This document shows positions 15,709 through 22,238 of a stretch of DNA of 23,269 bases, piece by piece. This DNA comes from an uncultured virus (IMG/VR IMGVR_UViG_3300005618_000016) (taxonomy: Duplodnaviria > Heunggongvirae > Uroviricota > Caudoviricetes), in IMG/VR virus record IMGVR_UViG_3300005618_000016; one strand, 5' to 3'. The notes under the pieces are model-generated. The model saw only the letters and a list, made by a program, of their open reading frames with translations. It did not search any database and was not told where the DNA came from. The translations under genes and the position numbers were made by a program. Numbering within the stretch: the stretch's first letter is position 1; each line of letters starts with the position of its first letter.

Positions 15709-16063
15709 GGTGGAGCCGCCGGGTAACGAACCCGGGTCCGCGAGATGTCCAGCCGATCTTCGTTCACGCGTCGTAGTCGGTGGCACGTCACCGACACCGT
15801 TGCTCGACCCGTTCGCGGGATACGAGCGTTGTTCGAGGCTCCTGGTTACCGACTCGACTGCAAGCCCTATTCAGAGGAGTCCGGACTCGTGTGGGTTCAT
15901 GCTCGCCTTGCTACTCGAGTTCCTCACTCGGCGAACAGCTCAGGCCGCGATGCGGTCGTGAGCGATTGCGTTGTCGTTCGCAACTACGTTGCCCCTTGTT
16001 ACGGGAGGGCGACCCTGACGCGCAGACCTTCCTTCCATTCCCACGTCGAATCAATTCGGCCCC
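15709..16063 (-). ncRNA. ssrA: tmRNA (transfer-messenger RNA), one-piece, 355 nt
   Basis: 5' GGGGCCGAAUUGAUUCGAC and 3' GGAC-CCGGG-UUCGUUA-CCCGG-CGGCUCC-A-CC. 7-bp acceptor stem with G3.U70 and an A discriminator; P2 pairing CGUGGGA/UCUCGCG; UAGUU before the resume codon; tag frame ANDN...AA-stop. Confidence 0.97.
15940..15981 (-). other. tmRNA tag reading frame ANDNAIAHDRIAA*
   Basis: GCG AAC GAC AAC GCA ATC GCT CAC GAC CGC ATC GCG GCC TGA read on the minus strand. Confidence 0.93.
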
Positions 16064-16081
16064 GTGATAGATCCAAGAATG

Positions 16082-16462
16082 CTACTTCGCCACGACCTCC
16101 GCAAGAGCGAAAAACGGATCGTCCTTCGGCAGGTATCGCATCTCGTGGTACCGATCTTCCTTGGTGTAAAGCGCCGCTGCGGATTTCATGCCTCCGCTCC
16201 ACCCGAGATCCAGGTAGAAGACCGGGATCACACGGTGTGTTCCGTCCTGGTCGTCCCACGTCGCTTTTCGCCATGCGAGACCAGCCGTGATGCCCAGCTC
16301 GCGCTCTCCTGGGTCGTCGTCGTCGAGCGCGTCGGTGAGCATCCGGTGACTCGCATAGGGGCTTTCGCCGCGCGAGATGCAGTCGCGGATGCACGCGCGG
16401 AGGTAGCGCAGGTTGCGGGTGACGTCGCCCTTGTATGGGCTCTCGATGATGACGAGTCTCAT
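16082..16462 (-). CDS. Conserved phage protein, possibly nucleoside 2-deoxyribosyltransferase-like fold
   Basis: VIIESPYKGD...N..Y...RGESPYASH...ERELGI.AG...YLDLGWSGGM is a pattern common in phage genomes. ATGA coupling. Fold assignment is tentative. Confidence 0.7.
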   Translation of the reverse strand: MRLVIIESPYKGDVTRNLRYLRACIRDCISRGESPYASHRMLTDALDDDDPGERELGITAGLAWRKATWDDQDGTHRVIPVFYLDLGWSGGMKSAAALYTKEDRYHEMRYLPKDDPFFALAEVVAK

Positions 16463-16755
16463 CGCCGCACCTGCTCGAACCGAACCTTCGGATCCACGGC
16501 GTCGTAGGAGTCGACGACTCCTCGAATCGAACCGATGTCTCGCGCCCAGGCGGCATTGTCCATGGTGAGCACGGCGCGGATCGTCTCCACGTTACCCTTG
16601 GGCGGCCACCCGAGCATGTTCGCGTCGCGCATGTACGTCGCGAGTGCCGCTGCAATCCGAATTCGGCGCTCCGGCGTTGGGGGGCTCGGTGAGAAGTCGT
16701 CTGGATCGAGACGATGGTATTCCGACGTGTTCCACGGAAGCTTTTTCAGGGCCAT
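16459..16755 (-). CDS. Hypothetical protein (98 aa)
   Basis: Start ATG 16755 with a strong AAAGGAG RBS, coupled to the next gene. Confidence 0.7.
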   Translation of the reverse strand: MALKKLPWNTSEYHRLDPDDFSPSPPTPERRIRIAAALATYMRDANMLGWPPKGNVETIRAVLTMDNAAWARDIGSIRGVVDSYDAVDPKVRFEQVRR

Positions 16756-16777
16756 GGCTGATTCTCCTTTCGTCGTA

Positions 16778-16811
16778 GAGCCCGCGACGCCGCTCAAGAC
16801 GCCGCGGGCTC
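16778..16811 (-). other. Intergenic 14-bp GC-rich hairpin without U-tract
   Basis: GAGCCCGCGGCGUC-uugagc-GGCGUCGCGGGCUC with two G.U pairs. Possible mRNA processing or stabilising element. Confidence 0.6.
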
Positions 16812-16822
16812 CGCGCTCAGAA

Positions 16823-17386
16823 CTACAGAATCGTCAGCGAGAAGTTCCCTCGCGTATCGATGATGATCGGCGCACGCACGCCGGGCGGGAAGTTCGGACC
16901 CGCAGGCTGGTCGTACCGCACGAAGTCGTTGATCGTCATCGATCCGGAACCCGTAGCTCCAGCGTAGATCCCGGTACCTCCGGTCACGTTCAGGATAACG
17001 GTCTCGTTCGGCGCAGCTGGGTCGAAGCAGATCGACTGCGTCGAATCGACGTTGGCGTACACCGCGTCGTTCGAGTTCAGCGATCGGAAAGTGAGTACGC
17101 CGAACGGTTGCAGCAGCAGGGAGTTCGGTCCCGCGCACCCGAACCCGATGAGGCCGGTATCGAAAGCCCCCTCGAGCGTCGCGAATCGGAGTTGCCCGTT
17201 CGCCGTGAGCTTGAACGTGCGCGCGAAGACACCGTCTCCGTTCATGTCGATGGGCGCGGTGGCGAACGCGGTGCCGCCCCAGCCTCCGTTCACGGAGATG
17301 GGACCGCTGGCGTTTGCCCTGTGCGAGATGACGAGCGAGACCGCGATGGCGATCGAGAGGACGAGGACACTGAGATACTTTTTCAT
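16823..17386 (-). CDS. Secreted beta-rich protein, dirigent/allene-oxide-cyclase-like motif (187 aa)
   Basis: Start ATG 17386 (AAAGGA RBS). Sec signal peptide MKKYLSVLVLSIAIAVSLVISHRANA; VTGGTGIYAGATGSG motif. Confidence 0.7.
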   Translation of the reverse strand: MKKYLSVLVLSIAIAVSLVISHRANASGPISVNGGWGGTAFATAPIDMNGDGVFARTFKLTANGQLRFATLEGAFDTGLIGFGCAGPNSLLLQPFGVLTFRSLNSNDAVYANVDSTQSICFDPAAPNETVILNVTGGTGIYAGATGSGSMTINDFVRYDQPAGPNFPPGVRAPIIIDTRGNFSLTIL

Positions 17387-17406
17387 CGATGCGATTCCTT
17401 TTCTGT

Positions 17407-18285
17407 TCACGTGTTGTTGGGTTTCATCCATGGCTGCGGGAAAAGTCCCGGCCACCGTTCGACGCAGATCCGTTTCCACTTCCGCGCAAGCCGGAGGTAC
17501 TCGAGGTCGGCTGCTTCGTGGTCCCGCTCGCGAAACATCTTGGCGAGCGCGATCGGGTTCGTCGTCCACACGAATGACGTCTCACAGGCGTGCGAGAGGT
17601 AGGGGCTCGCGCTCTCGAAGATGCGCTTGCGATCCATCCCCTTCGGGGCCTCACCGCGCAACGCGGTGTGCTCGACCGTGCGCCGCTTGATGTAGTCGCT
17701 GTATTCGGTGTAGTTGCGCCCCATCGCGCTCGCGAAGTACATGAGCTCGTCTGGATTGTCCAGAATCGCGGGATGCGCGACGTAGCATCCTGAGTGTTCG
17801 ACGTACCTCGTCGATTCCTGCGACGGAGATCCCTCTTCCGTCCGATCGGCGCCGACGTAGTGCCGGATGAGCTCGTGTGAGACGCGACGCGAGACGCCCG
17901 CGATGAAGAACGTCATCTTCGCGTGGTACATGATGCTGGCGTGCGGAACGTCCCCCTGTTGCGTGTTCGCGATGTACTCCGCGTTCGACTTGCGTCCCGC
18001 CTTGAGCCCGAATGAGTTGTAACACTTGCGTCCGGCGAGCTCGACGAGAAGCTCGTTGTCCGTCTCGAGCAGGTCACCGTGCTCGTTCTTGAAAATGTTT
18101 CTCGGAAACAGTGTCGACCAAGCCTGCAAATCAGTCTGCTTGTATTCGTCAGGCATGCACTCCGGACTTCGCGAGCGCACCCACTCCGCCATCTCGTTGA
18201 TGCCGTTCGCATCGAGTTGCATGTCTGCCATGACGGTGACGACGGGTTCTTCTTTGAGGATCTTCACGTTGTGGGACATTTTCAC
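17407..18285 (-). CDS. thyX: Flavin-dependent thymidylate synthase ThyX homologue (divergent)
   Basis: LVELAGRKCYNS, FFIAGVSRRVSHELIRH, SQESTRY, AADLE. Several motif substitutions (see findings). Confidence 0.88.
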   Translation of the reverse strand: MKMSHNVKILKEEPVVTVMADMQLDANGINEMAEWVRSRSPECMPDEYKQTDLQAWSTLFPRNIFKNEHGDLLETDNELLVELAGRKCYNSFGLKAGRKSNAEYIANTQQGDVPHASIMYHAKMTFFIAGVSRRVSHELIRHYVGADRTEEGSPSQESTRYVEHSGCYVAHPAILDNPDELMYFASAMGRNYTEYSDYIKRRTVEHTALRGEAPKGMDRKRIFESASPYLSHACETSFVWTTNPIALAKMFRERDHEAADLEYLRLARKWKRICVERWPGLFPQPWMKPNNT

Positions 18286-18848
18286 TTTCCTTCTTCTCTT
18301 CGAGTTGCTTCGCGCGCCTCTTCGACACGCCTGTCAAGTTCCGCTTCTCGTTCGGCGTGTTCGAGCTCACGCTCACGCTCGCGTTCACGTCTATTTGCCA
18401 GTTCTTCTTCTAAGGTTCGCTGAAGCGGCGTCTCGTCTGGATCACGCTGGTTCCACGCGGCGCGTGCCGCTATCGCAACCCTTGCGGATTTGTCGAGCGA
18501 GCGACGTCTATCGTACTCCGCGTTGACCGTCATCCATTCGCTTGAGGTGAGTGGCGTTCCCTCTGGGTAGTGCACCCATCCGCATGATTCCATGGAGTAC
18601 GCCGGGGAACCGTAGCTCAGGCACTTTCGGTAGCGTCGACCGTTGAAGATAATCTCGTCCCACCCGTCGAGATGATTCACCGAGAGTAGCGCGGGATCCT
18701 CATCTCCCTCTTCTTCCTCAACGTCTTCCTCGATCTTGCGCCACTCTTTTTCAGCTTCCGATTGAGCTTGCACAAACTTGAGGCACCATCGCGTCACAAG
18801 CGTTCCGCAGACGATCAGCGTCACCACAACGAAGGCGAAGGCGATCAT
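18282..18848 (-). CDS. Membrane-anchored hypothetical protein with charged coiled-coil C-terminus
   Basis: ATG 18848 overlaps the dcd stop. N-terminal TM, acidic tract, ERERERE tail. Confidence 0.65.
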   Translation of the reverse strand: MIAFAFVVVTLIVCGTLVTRWCLKFVQAQSEAEKEWRKIEEDVEEEEGDEDPALLSVNHLDGWDEIIFNGRRYRKCLSYGSPAYSMESCGWVHYPEGTPLTSSEWMTVNAEYDRRRSLDKSARVAIAARAAWNQRDPDETPLQRTLEEELANRRERERERELEHAEREAELDRRVEEAREATRREEGK

Positions 18849-19387
18849 CGAAACTGTTTCCAAATCTTCGACGGAACCGGTCCCATCGACGCTTCTCCCG
18901 TGTAGTTCCCCTCGTAGAGCTTCGCCTCACCTTCGATCGTGTGAAACCGGATCTGGCAGAACCGCATCCCGGCGTAGACGCGTGTCGGGTACGTCACAAG
19001 CACCTCGAGCGTGTACTGCCCGTCGAAACCAGGATCACCGAACCCTGCCGTCACGTGCACGAAGACGCCCAGGCGCCCGATGCTGCTCTTGCCGTCGAGC
19101 ACCGGGACGTACCGCGTGGTCTTCACGCGCTCGACCGTGTGCATCAGATAGAGCGTTCCAGGATGCAGGCGTAACCCATCTGCCGGTATGTCGTACTCGT
19201 GACAGAACGAAGACGTCTTGCAGTCGAGTTCGACCTCGTCGATGTGCGCGCCAAGATAGACTGCGAACCTCTTCCCGAGTCGCAAATCGAGGCTCACCGG
19301 ATTCAGATGCGCGGGTTCGTACGGGTCGACCTCGATGTCTCCGCGCGCGATTGCTCGTTCGATCTCCTTGCCTCCGAGGATGCTCAT
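18845..19387 (-). CDS. dcd: dCTP deaminase
   Basis: NPVSLDLRLG, DGKSSIGRLG, HVTAGFGDPGFDGQYTLE, GMRFCQI. Start ATG 19387 (ATGA coupling). Confidence 0.93.
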   Translation of the reverse strand: MSILGGKEIERAIARGDIEVDPYEPAHLNPVSLDLRLGKRFAVYLGAHIDEVELDCKTSSFCHEYDIPADGLRLHPGTLYLMHTVERVKTTRYVPVLDGKSSIGRLGVFVHVTAGFGDPGFDGQYTLEVLVTYPTRVYAGMRFCQIRFHTIEGEAKLYEGNYTGEASMGPVPSKIWKQFR

Positions 19388-19761
19388 CGGACCCTCACGA
19401 GCCACGCCCCACCGTCGATCGTGACGTTCTCCATGTCCGCCGTCCCGCGCCCACCGGGGAACGCCACGGTGCCGTCGGGCTCGAATCCGGCGAACATGCG
19501 GCGGTTCCGGATCGGCCCTGCCGCTCGCCCCTCGGTGGCCCAGAGCGCCAGGTACGTCCTATACGGAACGTTTCTCGCGCGAGCCCATTCGAGCGCCAGC
19601 GTGTCGGCGCCCCGAGCCCCGCCGTGGGCGATCTCCCGCGGACGGAGCTCGTCGAGTACCATGAAGACCCGCTCGCGGTCGACGTAGTCACGGCCGCCAC
19701 AGACGATGAGACGGGCGTCGCGAGCGGCGTCTTCGAGGGAGATGATGCGACCTGGGGTCAT
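19384..19761 (-). CDS. SLOG-family protein (DUF2493/YspA-like)
   Basis: LIVCGGRDY, IAHGGARGADTLA, AAGPIRNRRM, AFPGGRGTADM. Confidence 0.88.
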   Translation of the reverse strand: MTPGRIISLEDAARDARLIVCGGRDYVDRERVFMVLDELRPREIAHGGARGADTLALEWARARNVPYRTYLALWATEGRAAGPIRNRRMFAGFEPDGTVAFPGGRGTADMENVTIDGGAWLVRVR

Positions 19762-20303
19762 CTTCTATTCCTCTTCGCTTGAATCATCTCTCCGATGTTT
19801 GCGACACCGGGAACACGGTGCTTCGGACACCTGAAATTGCTCCCGTCTTTCGACCACCCAGGCTCGATCAAGCGCCCGGTATCATCGAGATGCGTGTACG
19901 CAGCATCACCGCTTCTTCCGTCGCAAAGGAAACACTTCACCCGGTGCGATCGGCGAGCCATCTGGGCGTCCGCCTCTTCCTCTTCGCTCCACTCGACGAT
20001 TCTGGGAGCCAGGTCTTCGACGTCGATGATCTTTTTTCTGTTCAACGGTTTCACGATGACCTCTTCATCCACTCGGATATGGTCTCTCCGAGTTCGGCGA
20101 TTCTGGGACGGATACAACCCGGTATCGATGTCGCAGACATCGAACGTTCCGTCTGCATTGATGGGACCTACTGTTGCGCGATGTCCAGCGCGCTCCGTGC
20201 TCTCTACGGTATCGAGAAATCGAAGCGTGTTCCCGTCTGCATCCGCTGTCGTTCTGACAGTCTCGTGCATCGTCCTGAAGGTTCCAGGAGTCGGAGGTAT
20301 CAT
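19758..20303 (-). CDS. Hypothetical protein with C-terminal CxxC...CxxH zinc-finger-like motif
   Basis: ATG 20303 is coupled to the upstream stop. CFLCDG...GWSKDGSNFRCPKH. Confidence 0.6.
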   Translation of the reverse strand: MIPPTPGTFRTMHETVRTTADADGNTLRFLDTVESTERAGHRATVGPINADGTFDVCDIDTGLYPSQNRRTRRDHIRVDEEVIVKPLNRKKIIDVEDLAPRIVEWSEEEEADAQMARRSHRVKCFLCDGRSGDAAYTHLDDTGRLIEPGWSKDGSNFRCPKHRVPGVANIGEMIQAKRNRR

Positions 20304-20668
20304 CGCGGCCTCCCCGACTTCGCGAACTTCTCCTGCGCCTCGATCGCGAGATCGAGACACTGGAGCACGTCGAGGCCGAGGTCGTCGACCCAGCGGATCG
20401 TTGAGAAGATGATGTTGCCGAGCTCTTTCTTGAGCTCCCGACAACCGTTCGCCCACTCGACGTCGTCGATGTGATCGGGGTCTCGGATGCCGCCACCGTC
20501 CCGTTCGAGACGCGCGAGATCGCCGACGCCGACCATCAATCGAGTCAAGATTTTCGATAGCGGCAGCCGATCGGCACCCCAGATCTGCCGCCCCTGCACC
20601 CGAAGCGCCGAGATCCCGGCGTGCACCTGGTCTCGGATCGCTTTTTGGTCTCGCATGTCGATTCTCAC
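20300..20668 (-). CDS. MazG-like all-alpha NTP pyrophosphohydrolase homologue (degenerate)
   Basis: GTG 20668 coupled to the upstream stop. LMVGVGDLAR...ELKKELGNIIFSTIRWVDDLGLDV has MazG helix spacing. Confidence 0.55.
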   Translation of the reverse strand: MRIDMRDQKAIRDQVHAGISALRVQGRQIWGADRLPLSKILTRLMVGVGDLARLERDGGGIRDPDHIDDVEWANGCRELKKELGNIIFSTIRWVDDLGLDVLQCLDLAIEAQEKFAKSGRPR

Positions 20669-20805
20669 TGCTTCTTCTCCGCTTGTTTGATCTTCTTGTT
20701 GATCGCGTACATCCACGGCGGGACGTGAGCCGCCGTAGCTTCCGCCTGCTTCCTTCGCGCTGAGCGTCCTGTTTTTCGGTTTCGCCTTCGTCTGTCAGTT
20801 CTCAT
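20665..20805 (-). CDS. Small basic protein (46 aa), absent from the ORF track
   Basis: MRTDRRRRNRKTGRSARRKQAEATAAHVPPWMYAINKKIKQAEKKQ. ATGA overlap with the ParB-like stop and GTGA overlap with the next gene. Confidence 0.7.
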   Translation of the reverse strand: MRTDRRRRNRKTGRSARRKQAEATAAHVPPWMYAINKKIKQAEKKQ

Positions 20806-21659
20806 GCCCGCACCTCTCTCCACTCACCCGCCCTGAGCTTCTTCAGGAGCTCCCCAGGCACGTCCTTCCACTTCTGATCGATCCAGGCCGCGATGTCCGT
20901 AGCGACCGCGTCTTCCGCCTTCTTGGTGGCCTTCGGGGCGCCGTTACCGTGCCCGTTCACGATCTCGCGCGCCTTGCCGGCGTTCTTGCTGCGCTTCTTG
21001 CCAGGCGTTCGGGGCGCGTGCTCGATGAGCTCGGCGACCCTATCCTTGGCCTCCGCCGGCTCCAGGCGAGCGAGCTTGTACCCGTCGCTCGTCGAGATCT
21101 TGCCAGCCTCGACCGCGTTCCTCACCGCTGCCGGCGCGTCGAGCAAAGACAGCATGTTCTTCACCGACGCCTGGCTGATCCCGAACAGCACCGCGATCTC
21201 CGCCTCGTCCCGGCCGAGCTCGAGGTACCGCTGGGCCTTCTTCGCCCTACCGATCGGCGTGTCGTCCTGACGGTGTTCGTTCTCGCTGATCAGGATCCCC
21301 ATCGCGCCGTGCGGGTTCACTCGACGAATCATCGCCGGGACCCGGATCAGCTCCATACCCTTCTTCTTGAGCCGCTTGTTCGCTTCGCGCGCGGCCTTCA
21401 CGCGCTGACGACCGACGGCGACCTCGATCTTTCCGTTCTCCGGGTTTCGGACGACGGTGATCGGCTCGAGGACACCCTGCGGCACCCCGTCCGGGGCGTG
21501 CAGCATGTTGAGCACGAGCGCCTCGTTCACCGGCAGGTGCACGCGCTCGTCGTAGAGCGGTGACTTCTCGTCCGTGACCAGGACGAGATCTTCCGGATCG
21601 AACATGTAGGCGTCGCGCTTGCCCTTGGCGTTGAGTGAGTCTCTGGATGCTTTCGGCAC
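20802..21659 (-). CDS. ParB/Spo0J-like phage protein
   Basis: Start GTG 21659 (AAAGGG RBS). PLYDERVHLP, GVLEPITV, VAVGRQRVKAA, SENEHRQD, HTH EIAVLFGISQASVKNML. Confidence 0.85.
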   Translation of the reverse strand: MPKASRDSLNAKGKRDAYMFDPEDLVLVTDEKSPLYDERVHLPVNEALVLNMLHAPDGVPQGVLEPITVVRNPENGKIEVAVGRQRVKAAREANKRLKKKGMELIRVPAMIRRVNPHGAMGILISENEHRQDDTPIGRAKKAQRYLELGRDEAEIAVLFGISQASVKNMLSLLDAPAAVRNAVEAGKISTSDGYKLARLEPAEAKDRVAELIEHAPRTPGKKRSKNAGKAREIVNGHGNGAPKATKKAEDAVATDIAAWIDQKWKDVPGELLKKLRAGEWREVRA

Positions 21660-21672
21660 TGTATTTTCCCTT

Positions 21673-21882
21673 TCAAAAACAAGATTCTGCTTTGGTGACA
21701 CCCGTCAACAGATGGCTTGCCACTACGGCCGCCATCGGCTCGGACTTGAATCGCTCCTGAAGCACACGAGCGAAGAGCTTCGCCGTGTGCGCCACTCCCT
21801 GCTCGTCTACGAGCCGCGCGAGCATGTTCTCCCTGCGCGCGTCGGAAGGAGAGTAGGAGCCCTTTTTGCGACGCCCGATCAT
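21673..21882 (-). CDS. Hypothetical protein (69 aa)
   Basis: ATG 21882 with an AAGGA RBS, overlapping the upstream stop. Confidence 0.6.
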   Translation of the reverse strand: MIGRRKKGSYSPSDARRENMLARLVDEQGVAHTAKLFARVLQERFKSEPMAAVVASHLLTGVTKAESCF

Positions 21883-22238
21883 CGGTGTTCCTTCCTGTGC
21901 TCGTTGCACCTCGCGTATGCCTCTCGTGCTCGCTTCACCATGCGTTCGAGCACTGCTTCGACCGTGCCGGTGCGGTACACGCGCGCTGACTTGAAGATCG
22001 GGTACACCTTGTTCGGCGTGGTGAGCAGCGCCACGACCCGGATCGCGTCCGCCCCGCACCCGCGTGCCTCGCTCCTTCCTCGCTGGACCGACGAGTACAC
22101 CTTGACGGTGTAGCGGCTGTCCTTGTCGTGCGCGCGCTCGTAGATCTCCTCGCCGCGCGTTGCCGGTAGGAGTTGGAACCCGGCCGCCACCAACCTTTCA
22201 CGGATGGCGGCGGCGGGGACGTCGACGAAGCGGCTCAC
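21879..22238 (-). CDS. Hypothetical phage protein (119 aa)
   Basis: GTGA coupling to the helicase. KVYSSV...ARGCGADAIRV...RVYRTG. Confidence 0.7.
   Translation of the reverse strand: MSRFVDVPAAAIRERLVAAGFQLLPATRGEEIYERAHDKDSRYTVKVYSSVQRGRSEARGCGADAIRVVALLTTPNKVYPIFKSARVYRTGTVEAVLERMVKRAREAYARCNEHRKEHR

Noticed and set aside
15709..15740. tRNA-Ala gene or att-site tRNA fragment
   Set aside because: The T-arm and acceptor strand pair with a 5' end 355 nt away and enclose a tag frame, so this is tmRNA. No second direct copy of the 3' end was seen.
15462..16290. ORFs 15462-15797(-), 15507-15776(+), 15710-15961(+) and 15745-16290(+)
   Set aside because: They overlap the tmRNA and terminator hairpins, lack RBS and motifs, and are better explained as chance frames.
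18364..18390. (tcacgc)n-like short repeat
   Set aside because: It simply encodes the ERERERE charged tract of the 18282-18848 protein.
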